64,000 nucleotides of DNA from the human T2T-CHM13v2.0 reference genome, Homo sapiens (GCF_009914755.1 NC_060937.1); one strand, 5' to 3'. Numbered from the stretch's first letter, positions 1-12,944 are shown. Notes: generated by a model not told the origin, from the sequence alone. Translations and numbers: made by a program.

Positions 1-1714
1 TCAGTGTTATTTAGGTTGTCTTCTTTATTACTAACACCTCAGCTTAGTTCCTTGCTTAATTTAATGCTAAATTCATAGTTTGGCATTTTCCACTGGTTAT
101 ATTGATTGTGGCAAAGAAGAAAGAATATACTGGGGGATTTTTTTTCCCCCTAGAATTAAACAATCATACCACCAGAGGAATATCTACTTTTACAATATCA
201 ATGAAAGATACACAGATAGGTAGAGGGATAGAGATAGGAAGATAGCTAACTAGCTAGATACATAGATACAAATTGATATAATATAGATATGGTAAAAGCC
301 AGGAGATTTTCTAAAGGATAGTTAACTTAGAAAATAAGTGTGTAGTGACTAACTGAAGATAGTTTATCTAGATCTTCTGATGGACATAACCTTGCTCTTT
401 AAAACCAAACTACCTCATTTCTATTATCTTTAATATCAATTTGATCTATATATATGGATAGATAGATAACATATATAATTCTTCCCTATGATCAAAAAAC
501 AGTGTAAAATCACAAGATGATTTCCATTTCAAGATTAACTTCAAATTAACAAATAATTAATAGAGATCCACAGTTTCCTCCATACTGTTTCAGATATGAG
601 GAAAAGTGAAGAAATATACTATCCAGTCACTAAAATTTGACAGTAATAATACATTTAACTATCACAATGTAGAGAAAAAGAAATACGTTCTGAGTGGTCA
701 GGGACATCTCCTCCTTTCCTTATCCTTTTAATGGGTGGAGACTACAGGCCACATAGAGACTATGTTTACACAAGAAGTCCAGTTCATTTAGTTTCCATGA
801 AACCTTTCAACAAATATGAGAGATAATTTGTTATGATGATCATGATCATGTTAAATGAGTGAACATAAGTTATGAAAAAAAGTTATTTTCAATGACAATT
901 TGATTAAAAAGTCTAAAAGAGTACAAAGCTCTTCTTGTGGAGACTATTTTTTTTCATATTCAGTAAAGTTGCTTTAGTTTTGAGACACTAAAATAATTTG
1001 TGTTTAGCTTCAACAATTACTGAAAAACCTGGTTTTAAACTTTTTGAAATAAACTAATTTATAGGGACAGTTTTTTTGTGTTCTGGGTTTCTTTCTCAAT
1101 TACATTATTTAATCTTCAGAGTTTTCCTAATGTTGTACCCATTTGATATCTTACTGGTATGCTATCAAAGAGAATAGTAAGTGTCTAGGTGGGATATGAG
1201 ATGTGAGGGTGGAAGTTGAGGTAAGTGGAGAGATAAAATACATCAGAATCTGCAAATCAAGAAAACATGACTTTGAAGGCCTTATTAGGAGACTCCAAAA
1301 TCATTCACACCCTTCTCTCAAGATAATCAGCATTTCTTGTCTTCTGCACAAAGGAAATAGAGCCAGAAATGTTTACAATTAACATAGAAAGGACAGAAAA
1401 AGTTTAGGTAATCAAAAGGCACCTCCTTTTTTTTTTTTTTTCCTCCCTTCTGTGTCTGAACTCCATTGACCTAGAGAATGAAGGGGAAAGGAATGTTCCA
1501 GGTACAGATAATGTACCCTCCTCTAAAGGCTGCAGAAAAAAGAGAAGAAATAAAAGACCATACTCTGCACACATCTCAATTATCAATGCTGTGGAGAAGA
1601 GATTATATTTAAATTGTATATGAGATTAAAGTTTAGAACTAGAATCAACTGAAGTATTTAAAAAAATAAATAAATCATGTGGAAAATTATGATATCTGCC
1701 TGCATTATTGATAA

Positions 1715-2236
1715 GGTAACTGAACTTCATTTCCAGCCTCTTGCTGCTTGGAAAATCAATGCTCAAGAAACAAGTGTTGGCAAGAAGAAAAGTTACCTTT
1801 ATTAGGGAAGCCAGCAACCTGGGAAGATAGTGAACTCACATGCAAAGGCTACCTCTTCAAATGGTGGCTCCATACCAGAGTTTATCAGGGAAATCAGGGG
1901 AAGAGCAAGTGGTGATCAAAGTCTTCTTGTGGCAGGAGCTACATGTGCAATCTCAGGCAGGCAGTGAATCTTCTCTGTCTTGGTCAGAGTCTTGTGACCT
2001 TTTGCTGGCGCTAGGCTCTTCTTACCTAGTAGCAGCCTAGACTGCTGGCCAGTCTGCCCCCGAAATTGCTGGTCAGCGTATTTCTCTTAATCTGTGTCAA
2101 AGGTCCCGTTTTTCTGAGATTGTTCTGTTCTTAGTGAATAATCTACAGACTTAGGCAAAGCAGTAATTAAAACTCAAATAAGCAAAATTTTTTCTTTAAC
2201 ATGGTGGACGTTCAAAATGGAGTCAGTGTTGTTACA
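1715..2236 (-). repeat. 3' LTR of the ERV1 provirus
   Basis: Aligns with 8456-8974 (e.g. caatgctcaaga..caagtgttgg, caaaatggagtcagtg..gttaca); minus strand starts TGTAAC, preceded by purine-rich GGCAGTGGGGAGTT (PPT-like). Confidence 0.9.
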
Positions 2237-2399
2237 AACTCCCCACTGCCAATGTATCTTTCCATATCTATAGAAAATGGGCAAAGGTCTCATCTTCTGT
2301 AACTACTTCTGCTGAACTGGGACATAGTGGGTATTTTAGTTGGAAGGTTTTGACATGGTGTCATACAGAGTTTTTGTTCTTTTCTGTGGTAGGTGAGAA

Positions 2400-3600
2400 A
2401 TCAGAGTTAACTTTTCATTAATGGCATTGTTGACCTTTTTGATAAAGCATAACATTACCAATTTAAATCTTAAGAATATATCAGTAGTTATTAGCAGAAT
2501 TGTTCATTTTAATTTAAAAATTTTCTGTCATGCTGATTTTAGTTCAGCAGATAGTATCATGCTGATATTTTGTTCAGAGAATAGGCTAAAAAACAAATCC
2601 CAGCCTCCTCCAAACAAGGAGATATAATGGTTTAGAGTTTGTTGTAATCAGATCACTTGCTCTCTAACTTTTTAAATGTTTGTTTCTACTTGAGAGGAAG
2701 TACTGATATATATGCAACAGGAGGAATTAGTAACAACACAAACACCATCTCGTTCTGTTAAAATATAGTCTAGGACTATTCTGTTATTTAGCACTACTTG
2801 TATTAATGGATCTACTAAGTTTTGTAAGTTTGCAAGAGACTTAGTGGCTCCAGTAGCAATTACGATTAAAGTCCTGGGTAGATTTATCAGTTCATGATAA
2901 TATAAAGCCATTCCCCCATGAAGGCAGAAAAGAGTACCCAAAGAAGTACATGGGTTCTGAGGGTATATGGGTATATGGTCAGAAAGAAAGTCTTTCAAGT
3001 CTTGAGAGAGCTTGTCCAATGTCTTTATTGTGTTTTTTTATTTTTTTAGGAGCGTGAAGGGTGAAAGGAGTTATTAACATGTCTATTAGGCATTATCCTG
3101 AATGTGTGTCATTTTACAAGCAATGATATGCCCATGGTACTCAATCAGGAAGTTATATTAATATATATCTTCCAGGGGGCAAAACATATACTCATTTGTT
3201 TTACTAATCTAAATGGCTGTATTGTTTTCCCCAAGTATTTCCAGGGAAATCTATTAAATCATCTGTTATGGATATGATTACAGGTTCTTGGTTTTAGAGG
3301 GGGAGGGTCTTCCCTGGTGTTGGAGTCAATGTGTAGCTTGTTTAATTGGCATTAGTTTTTACCCACCTGGAAAGGCATGAGGGATTGTGTCTTTTCAGAG
3401 GTGAAATGAGTGATTCTGACAATATATGTAACTCTTGGTTTTTTATGGTATACGCGACATACTAAATGGTCCCACATGTCATATACTGAGTAGTGGTTGG
3501 AATGGCAAATCTAACAATCAGTTTTTTATGTATTATTGGCAAAGATTAAGATAGTTTAACTTAAGCAATATGTAACCGCCATGTTAGATGGTAGCAGCAC
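2400..3600 (-). pseudogene. env: env remnant (SU CxxC-type motif; TM immunosuppressive domain plus CX6CC)
   Basis: ORF 2672-3019 contains VLNNRIVLDYILTERDGVCVVTNSSCCIYIS (ISD followed by CX6CC); near 3500-3525 the minus strand reads KTDC*ICH (decayed CWIC). Stops and frameshifts present; boundaries approximate. Confidence 0.85.
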
Positions 3601-3609
3601 CACCTTTAG

Positions 3610-5830
3610 CATTCAGTATTTTATTAGGATATTTAATATTTTTGTTATTAGAGGTTAGCAAATCTCTTTTTTTCTATATTGCCCCATGTGCTTGTATTAC
3701 CATGAAGGCATATCTAGAGTCTGTGCAGCTCTCCTCTTTCCTTTGGGATAAAGTTAAGGCTCTGGTAAGGGTTATTCATTCTACTTTTTGGGGGGATGTA
3801 CCAGGGGGAAGTGCAGGGGCTTTGATTATTTGTTCCAGAGTGGTCAGTGTATACCCTGCTCAATGGTGTCTATTTTTCATGAAACTGCTGTCATCGGTGA
3901 ACAATTTCTAGTCTGGAGTTGTTATCAGCTGATCACACAAGTCTAGGTGGCTGGAATAAACGACTTGATTTATTTATAAACTGTTATGCTTAGGCTCTGT
4001 GTCTTGCACTGAACTGCCAAGGAGCAGTGTTGTGGGGATTAGGGTTGCAGTGGTTTGGAGGGTGGTATTAGGATTATCCAGAAAAATGGCCTGACATTTG
4101 CCCATACGCCCAGCAGTTATCTCCTTTTTTTAAATAGGGTTAACACTTGATGGGGAACATACACAGTTATGGGTTGTCGTAGAGTACATTTGTTGGTTTC
4201 TTGTAATAAGTCACATGTGGCAGCTACTGCCCTCTGGCAGGGAGGCCATCCTTTGGCTGTTTATTCTGTTTCAAAAAATATACAATAGGTTACAGTTTTT
4301 CCCCAAGTTTCTGGGTCAGAATTCCTAGTTCAATTCTCTTTTTTAATGTACTTACAGGGGAAAGGGCTTTGGGGGTCAGGGAGCTCCAAGGCAAACACTA
4401 ATGTTAATTTTTTATTTATATTATAAAATGTATTTTGGCATTTCATTGTCTAATGCAAGGGTTCTGACCCAGTCATTTTAAAGCATCATACAAGGGTTTT
4501 GCTGTGAGTCCAAAGTTAGAAATCTAAATGTCAAAAAAAGTGAACCATCCCCAAGAATTCTCTTACTTGTTTCTGTTTTGGGGAGGGCTTTAATGGCAGC
4601 TACTGCCTGTTTCTTATCAGTCATAAGACTGCTTACCTTGTTGTAGGTGGAACCCCAAGTTGACGATGTCTTTTTTGCATATTTGGACCTTACGTGGGGC
4701 CACTTTATAACCCCATTCAGCCAGGTTATTTAAATCCAGTAATGTGTTTTCCAGGAAGTCTTTATAAGTGGGGCTGGCAATTAGTAAGCCATATACACAC
4801 TGTAATACTACCCTTCGGTTTAACTGTAGGTCACTCAGATTTTTAGCCGAAATTTCCCCGAAAATGGTGGGGGCATTTTTAAATCCTTGGAGTAATATAG
4901 CATAGTAATATTGGAAAATTGTCTTAGCTTTTGGATCATGCCATTTAAAGGCAAACAGGAATTGGGGTTTTTTTTAACTGGTATGCAGAAGACAGTATCT
5001 TTGAAGTCTCATACTGAGAACCAGCCATAATCTCCTGGGATAATAGTGACTTGGGTGTATGGGTTATGTACTGTTGGATGGATATCTTGAATGATATCAT
5101 TAATTGTTCTCGAGCATTGCACAAATTGATATTCATTTGAATGTCGTTATTTTACTGGGAAAATAGGAGTATTGGATAGAGAGAGACATGGTTGAATAAG
5201 CTCATACTTCGAAAGTAATACCTTTGTAATACTGGCAGAGTGCCTTCTAATGCTTCCCTTTTCAGAGGATGCTGCTTTCTTGTTTGTTTGTTTGTTTTTA
5301 TGTGGGATTGTATCTCCTTCTTTTAATGTAATGCAGACCATCTGAACTCTAGTAGCTCATCTGGATTCTCCATCGGCCCAAACAGTATTGCTTATTCCAT
5401 AGTAGACTTCAGGTGGAAACAATTCTTGGGTCTTGTTTTTAGGCTGAGTCATCAATGTCTGCAAACACAAGGCCTTTTTGGGTGGGATCTGGGTCCTTAG
5501 ATGTTGTTTTTTAGGAGAAAATTTTACTTAAGCATTTAGTTTAGCATAGTAATTGTCATTCCAACGACAGAACAGGGCAATTAGGCATATTTTAAAAAAA
5601 CTAGGTCTTAACTTTATGTCTCCCAATTTGGATTCTAAAGGCTGAGGGAAAGGTATTTGCTCCAGTTTTCTGTTGACTCCTGCCACTGGCACTATATCTT
5701 GTGTACTTTTAGTTAATTTATTATTTAAACTGAAGTTGCTTCAGTATTAACTAAGAAGTCGATTATTTTATACTTCAATGTCATTCGTACCCAGGGCTTC
5801 TGTGGGGAAATGATCATTGGCTCCATTATA
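3610..5830 (-). pseudogene. pol: pro-pol remnant (protease, RT, RNase H; integrase absent)
   Basis: IDFLVNTEATS (decayed FLVDTGA, ~5730-5765), LLQGFKNAPTIF (~4860-4900), VLQCVYGLL (decayed YVDD, ~4780-4810), LFTDDSSF (~3880-3905), CTDSRYAF..HGAI (~3680-3730). Confidence 0.88.
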
Positions 5831-5949
5831 TCAAGGAAAACACCTGAGCCTCCTCAGTCTTATCAGAGCCACAATCTACTTGTCTGTTTCTTTGCTTCCT
5901 ATTTTTTTTTTCTTTTTCTCTCTTATCCTTTTTCTACTGTCATCTTTCC

Positions 5950-7790
5950 CTTTTAGCCTGTAGCAATCATTCTTTTAATGCCCAGATCCCCAGCAGTAGG
6001 CACATTGATCTTTGCCTGGGAGTCCTATTCTGTTTTGTCCCTTACTCTTCTCAGGCCCTCTTTTATTTTTCTGAATGCTTTCTACAAGAGTGGGCACTTG
6101 TCTGGCTCTTGTTTTTCTGGCATTGAAAAGTTTGTAAGCAATTTCTACCAATAGAGAAGGGTTTATTCTTTCTGATTTTTTCAATTTCCTTTTGATACCT
6201 GAAGTGCTTTGGCTGATGAAAGTCAGATTGACTGTCCAAATATTTTCTGGGGCCTCTAGATCCATACCTGAGTATTTTTTTATAAGCCCGATATATTCGT
6301 TCCAGCCAAGAGGCTGAATTTTCATTAGCCTCCTGTTGGAGATCATGGATTTTGCTGATGCTACGCTTCTCGGGTACTCCTTTACTCAGTCCCATCAAAA
6401 CATGTTTTTAGTAGTATTCTAGTCTTGGCATTCCCCATTGTTATGGTCGCAATTGAGCTCCATTAAGAGAGTCGTCCCTGTGGGGGATCAGGGGTCCTAG
6501 AAGGGTCTTTCTGAAGTAGCTGCCTGACCTCATCATTGGCTTTGTCTAGGACTTGTCTCCTTTTACCAGCCATTATCATGAAATTTAATGGTGTTTGAAT
6601 GTCCACCTAAGTGAGGAAATATGTGGAGAATATACTGGTACATAATTCAGCCATGTGCTATGGGTCATCTCTGTAGGAAGGGCTTATATTATTTTTAGTT
6701 TACTAAGTCTAAAGTGGAGAAAGGTGAATGTAATCCCCAAAATCCCATGGGTTGGCCATGTGCATTTAACTCCTGTTGGATCTTAAAAGGGGAGACCCAT
6801 TGGCCTTGTGCATTTAAGACCCAGTCAGGTCTTAAAAGAGGAGACTGTCTCCAGCCTGCTTGCATAATGTCGAGGGGACACTGCTTCTTGTAAATATGGA
6901 TTATTTAAATAGTCTTCTGGGGGAGTGGGTAGAGGAAGGAGCAGTTCAGTGTACAACGCTGGCAGGGTCAGCGTGGGAACCTGCACAGGTGCCAGAGCAG
7001 GCAGCACCAGGGAAGGCACTTGCAACACCACAGCATCATTTCCCTGTGGCGAGTTTAAGGTTAACAAAATTATCCTATCCTCCTGCTTCTGTTGGGATGA
7101 TCAGACCCAACACCAGGTCATGGGGGCAACAAAGTCCGACAGAGCCAAAGGATTGAGAAAAAGACAGTTTCAGAAGTAAAGTGGGACCAGGGGGCCATCG
7201 CTAGTGTATGGAAGCTGCTAAGGCCCCAAGCTCTGGGAGCCCACACTATTTATTGGTAATTCAACATAGAAACAGGTGGTGAGAATGTGGGGGGTCAAAA
7301 GGGCAGGCACATGATCTACAGCTGTGACGGTTTAGCATTTATATGGAACATGTTCTTCTACTCGAGATAATGGGAATACAATCGATCTGGGAGCCTAGGA
7401 AGGCTAGAAGCAAGGAGCCGGCAAGTCTAGACACATTCCAGAGGACATTATGTCAGACACGCAAGCCTTGCCTCAGTTTTTTTCTCAACACTTGGCTTTT
7501 TCCCAACATACTTCTTTTTCCCTTCTGTATCTTCCTCAGGCAGTAGAGGCCAATGAGATTTCACTTTATGCAGTCCTCTTTGCACCACTAACTGGGAACC
7601 TTTCTGGGAAGCATCTTTATTACATGATAGAATAAACACGTGAGCATAAGTATTTTTTTCCATTTACCTGATCTTTGATAAAACTGTTCAAGCTGTAAGA
7701 CTGTATAAAAGTTCAAAAACCCTAAAGGCCACCTCTCTTCTAACACATGCATCTGCCATGTTGTATTACAACAAAATGCCATTTTTTTTG
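5950..7790 (-). pseudogene. gag: gag remnant (MA, CA with MHR, NC zinc knuckle), interrupted by a solo LTR
   Basis: MAFCCNTTW..WP..LQLEQF..GKW (MA-like, ORF 7588-7782); QQEANENSASWLERIYRAYKK (MHR); DQCAYCWGSGH zinc knuckle ending in a stop; frameshifts between segments. Confidence 0.88.
7090..7508 (-). mobile_element. Solo LTR of class II HERV-K type (LTR14A/B, HML-1-like) nested in gag
   Basis: Minus strand begins TGTTGGGAAAAAGCCAAGTGTTGAG and ends GGGTCTGATCATCCCAACA; internal AATAAA; 6-bp flanks TGCTTC (7084-7089) and TACTTC (7509-7514). Confidence 0.85.
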
Positions 7791-8432
7791 TTGTTGTTTT
7801 TTCCTTTGTCCCAAGGTCATAGCTATAGGCTGACCAGTTAGCTAATATGCTTTTTCTTTGAGACAGAATCTACAAAATACCTCCCATGGTAACAAGAAAA
7901 CAACACACAATCAAAACAAATGAAGTGCTTCCCAAACACCATCTTCTTCAAGGGAGGAGACCAGCACGGAGTCACTACAAGTTGTTTCTTCTACCAACGG
8001 TACCACAAATGGCCCCAAAGGCCCAAATGGTAAGGAAAGAGGACCCCTGGTGTTCACACTGGTGGATGTAGCTTGTTATAGAGCTGGTCAGCTCATCTAG
8101 AGAGCTTGTTACCATTTACCAGCTCGAAGTGAAAATAGGCAGCTGGCGTCAATTGAGGGAAAGAAGGGCGTTTCCCCAAAGTGTAAAAGAGTCTTGGCAG
8201 TTTGCCTGTGTCAGGCGTGGCCAACCACAAGTAGCTGGTGTTACTGAAGGCTTGCTGCTAACCTCTGGTAGCAAGAGAGGGTTAGCCCATACGTGCTGCC
8301 ACAGTCAACTGCTCCACCCATTGGGAATCTAAATGAGCCTCTCGGTAACCTGAACAAGGTAGCCCTGGTGCACTGCTGCGGCCAATTGCTTCATCTGTTG
8401 GGAGCTGAGCAAACAGCTCAGGGAGCATGAGA

Positions 8433-8450
8433 CTCCGGACTAGCTCACCA
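8433..8450 (-). promoter_or_regulatory. Primer binding site, tRNA-Arg-like
   Basis: Minus strand TGGTGAGCTAGTCCGGAG, 5 nt downstream of the 5' LTR; 15/18 match to the Arg-type PBS TGGTGAGCCAGCCAGGAG. Confidence 0.75.
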
Positions 8451-8455
8451 AATAT

Positions 8456-8974
8456 TGTAACCAAACTCAGGTTCGGGACACTTGACACCTGAACAACCAA
8501 TGCTCAAGAGACAAGTGTTGGTAAGAAGGAAAGTTAGCTTTATTAGGGAAGCAGGCAAGTTGGGAAATTAGTGACCTTGTTTCAAGACTACCTCTCTGAA
8601 TTGTAGCTCTGGACCAAGAGTTTTTACGGGAAATCAGGATAAGTGTAAGTCATAATCAGAGTGTCCTTGTGGAGGAGCTACGTGTGCAATCTCAGGCAGG
8701 CAGTCAGTCCTTGCTGTCTTGGTCTATGTCTTGGGACCTTTGCTGGCATTGTTAGGCTGTTTTTATCTAGTTGTGGCTAAAACTGCTGGTCAGTCTGTTG
8801 CCGGAATTTCTGGTCAGCATATTTCCCTTTTATTTATGTTGAAGGTCCTATTGTTCTGAGATTGTTATATTCTTAATGAGTAATCTACAAACTTAAGCAA
8901 AGAAGTAATTAAAACTCAAGCAAATTTTTTCCTGTAACATGGCAGGGATTCAAAATGGAGTCAGTGCTGTTACA
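8456..8974 (-). repeat. 5' LTR of the ERV1 provirus
   Basis: TGTAAC...GTTACA inverted termini; homologous to 1715-2236; followed by the PBS. Confidence 0.92.
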
Positions 8975-9974
8975 ATAAGATCTTCTACTCAATAAAGAAG
9001 CAAAAGTACTCACAGCAGAGTGGGGTAAGTGAAGAAAAATAAAATTATTTCTTATTTTTGTTTTTTGTATGTATCCCTAAAGTTCAAACTGTTCAGAAAT
9101 TGTTATAAAGTTAACTCAAAAGAAATTCAGTAAATGATTTTGTGTTCTATTGCTTCAATTATTTGAATTGATTGCATACTTTTCATGAACCAGGTTTTAA
9201 AAATTTTCTGTTTCTTTATAAATCACATGGAAAGTGCACACTCAGACTGTTTAGTACAAAGAGCATTCAATTAGAAGTCCGAAAACAAGTGGGTGAACTC
9301 TAATGCAGTGTTTAAGACGATGTCTGGTCTTTGATATCATTAAACTTCCCTCAGTCTAAGTTTCTATATCTTAAAAAATAAAGATATTTAGTGTAGTAAA
9401 TTTTCATTGCTAACAATTCAAAATTATTTATTTACCTAACATATCTAATAATGCTGAATAAATAACACTAAGCAATTATAAAACTAAAAATCGATTTTAA
9501 ATATGTGGTTTCATTAATTTTATATATTTATGATTAAAAATTACTGTTTATGAGTATTGAAATTAAAGTTAATCATCGAATATTTTGGTAAGATAATGTT
9601 TGAGTATTACTTTATAGTTATTGAAAGAAAACATATAAATGTAGACTTTAATTCCCATAAAAGGAAAATATAACCACATGAACATAATTGAGAAATTAAT
9701 AGAATATATTTTAATGTAGTAAAACAGTATAAGTCACATCAATGAACAGTATGAGATTACTTCAAAATAGGTTGTAAAGAATAGACATAAGAATTTACAT
9801 ACAAAATAGAATGGATTAATCACAGAAGGCATATGAAGGTTTTCCTTGAGAGAGGCCACAGTTTGGCATTGACAAAGATGAGTGAAATAAAGCACTACGA
9901 GTAGAAAAGCATGGAAGCTTGTAAGCCAGGTGTATGTTATGAGTATTTTTAATTAGTTTATTTATTTATTTATT

Positions 9975-10772
9975 TACAGTTTAAGTTTAGTAACATGGGC
10001 AGTTCTGGTTCTAGCTATGCTGGAAAAATGAACATCAGAATTTCCCCTACTACCATAAACAATGATAAAACTAAACCCGTCATGGAAAACAACTGTTTTC
10101 AGGTCTTGGACAACAAATATTGCAAGTCTTTGATTCATTTGATAAGGGAAATATATAATGGGAGCTCCACATGCCTGGGCTTTCTGCCTTAGAACCAATT
10201 TCATACAACAGCACAGAGGGGTGAAATCCTAACAGATTGGCAATTCCACTGGCATAAAAAGCATGTGGCAGAGATTAGTACTGTGGAGATTGCTCAAATA
10301 TGCAAATCAGGATTCTGAAGAGAGCAAAAAGGGAGCACACTAGAATCTGCATAGAAGTCTCTCCAAGCATTTGTCCAAGTACATAGCTGTATATGTACAA
10401 AACAAAATAAAATATGATCTCTGGAAGAATCAGCTACTGAAGAACTGTGAGTTAAATGGACATTCAGAAGTTCACATAATTCTAGGAGACACAGAAGTTA
10501 CAACCATTCAGTGTTTAGAAATTTCACAAAAAGCTCACTGAAGCAGTTGAGACGACAAATAGGCCAAACATCTGAAGTGACCTAATCTTGCTCCAGAATA
10601 AGAACAATTCTAACATGCTCTAAGAATCACAAAACAAAACTCCTAAAACATCATTTTGAGCAGTCAGTAAATTAATTGCTTTATGAATTTAAAAAAGAAT
10701 ACTTTCCTTAGAAGGACAACATAATTTAAAGTCTCATCAATGTAAAATTTATGATGTCAGCATAAAACTTAA

Positions 10773-10803
<31 letters not shown>

Positions 10804-11240
10804 AAGCGGCAGAAGAGTCTGAAGCATAAATAGAAGAAAAACCCCATAGAAATATATCTAAATGTTGGATTTGGCTGACAATATCTTAGAAGAGCTATTG
10901 TAAATATATTCAGTGATTTGAAGTAACAGATGAACATTATATTGAAATAGATGAAAAACGTCGAGGAGAAAGTTGGAAGTATAAAAAAATGAAAATTATA
11001 GAACTTGAAAATTCCCGGTATTTTTTAGAAAATTATCAGATAGGCATAAAAAGTAGATGGGATACTTTAGAAGAAAACATCTGTAAACTAGAAGATGGGT
11101 CAATAGAAAATGTTAAAACTGAAGCACAGATGGGGAAAAAGAAAAATGAATAAGACCTCATGTTCAGTAGTCCAACAAAAAATATTTCATACATATATGT
11201 AAAAGTCATCCCAGAAAGAAAAAAGAGGGGAAAGGGGTTG
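9975..11240 (+). mobile_element. Old L1M 5' region / ORF1 remnant
   Basis: A-rich sequence resembling old L1 ORF1 (gaagaaaacatctgtaaactagaagatgggtcaatagaaaatg); heavily decayed; boundaries approximate. Confidence 0.55.
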
Positions 11241-11809
11241 TGCATTGTTTCAACAGACTTGGATAAAGCTAAGAATTAAATAGTTACTACCATTTTTATT
11301 ATCATTTATCCTGAGTCAGCAGCCACTGAATATATGGCTTGAATATTGTATTAGTATGTGTGAAAGATGTTTCACATTATGTTTTGAAAGTATTGCATTT
11401 CTGTATGTTTGTCTTATGCAAGTTTTGTACTACAGTTAGGATAATATTTGTATGAAAATATAGAGAAGATATGTAGTGTTTTATTACCTACTTGTTAAAT
11501 ATTACAAGTGACAAGAAAATAACACACATAAGTTATTCTATATAATCTATAAATATTACAAGAGACAAGAGTGACAAGAAGCATAAGTTATTCTATATAA
11601 TCTATATTCTCTATTTTTATAATATTTATATATTATATACCTAGATTTCTATATATAGATGTCTATACTTATATACATATATCTATAAATCTATCTTGCT
11701 GTATATCTATATAATTTATAAGCACATATAATCTACTCTGATTATATTTTAGGATTTTGTATACAATTTAAAGTATTTTTAGGGTCATTTTTAATTATGA
11801 ACATTTTAA

Positions 11810-12360
11810 CAATTTGATTCAGCAATTCCACATCTAAATATTTACCCAAAATAATTGAAATCAAGGTTTTGAAGAAGTATTAGTATTCCTATACATATTG
11901 CAGTACTATTTATAATGGCCAAGATATGGAAACAAACTAAATGTCCACTGGTAGATGAGTAGATAAAAATAGTGTGATATATGCATATAAGAGAGTATGA
12001 CTCAGCCTTAAAACAGAAGAAAATTCTGCAGTATGTGACAATGTGAATGAACTTTATAAGCATTACTCCAAGGGAATAGGCCAGACACAGAAAGAATCAT
12101 AATGCCTAATTGCCCTTATATGAGGTATTTAAAATAGCCAAATTTATATAATCAAAGATTGGAATGGTGATTGCCAGGGGCTGGGAGAAAAGGTAAATGA
12201 GGAGTTAATAATCAATGGGCATAAAGTTTCAGTAAAGCAAGATGAATAAGCTCTAGAGGTCTATAAAATGTTGTACCTATAGTCAACAATAATGCATTAT
12301 ACAGTTAAAAATCTGTTAACAGGACACATTTCATGTTAAATGTTCTTACCACAATAACAT
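11810..12360 (+). mobile_element. L1MB-type 3' end
   Basis: ORF2 C-terminal remnant (tttgattcagcaattccac...) and 3'UTR ending gttcttaccacaataa. Confidence 0.8.
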
Positions 12361-12499
12361 AACATTTTTAACACAGAAGTATTTTTAAGCCAAAATTGTA
12401 TCATCATGATTGGTAATTTCTTGGTAGTTTGTACTGTAGTTTTGCATACCTCTAGTCATAGTTCATTCCTTTTTTTTTTTTAATGTATTCTGCTTGCTC

Positions 12500-12680
12500 G
12501 TGTTGGAATACAGGCTCTACCACGTACTACTAACATGACCTTGGCTAAATTATTTAATTTCTCTAAGCCTCAATTCCCTTTTATATGAAATTGGAATAAT
12601 AATATGTAATTTATAGGATTATATGGAGGATTACATAAGAAAATTAATGTAAAACTGCTTAGCCTAATGTCCAGTATAAA
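12500..12680 (+). mobile_element. MIR fragment
   Basis: Core-like tgaccttggctaaattatttaatttctctaagcctcaattcc...ataataata. Confidence 0.6.
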
Positions 12681-12881
12681 ATATTATATATATAAAACTT
12701 CATTAACTAAATTCTAAAGTATTTTCACAAAATTCTAACTTTAAAAATACATTAAAAGTCATTTCTTCATAATCATTAGCATTAATTTAGATGTTTGTTA
12801 ATCATCTCTTCTTAAATACCTTGGGGATATTGTATGAACATTCGAAAATCCTCAGCTTTTGGTTAAAAACTAAATGCTTGT

Positions 12882-12909
12882 CCCACCACCACCACCACCA
12901 CCACCACCA

Positions 12910-12944
<35 letters not shown>

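Larger units (their letters stand above)
1715..8974 (-). mobile_element. Degenerate class I (ERV1, gammaretrovirus-like) provirus, LTR-gag-pro-pol(no IN)-env-LTR; possibly MER66/HERV-V-related
   Basis: Two homologous ~520-bp terminal repeats (1715-2236, 8456-8974); ATAA on both flanks (1711-1714, 8975-8978) as 4-bp TSD; PBS next to the 5' LTR, purine tract next to the 3' LTR; gag, pro, RT, RNaseH and env motifs in correct order on the minus strand. Family name is a recollection only. Confidence 0.93.
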
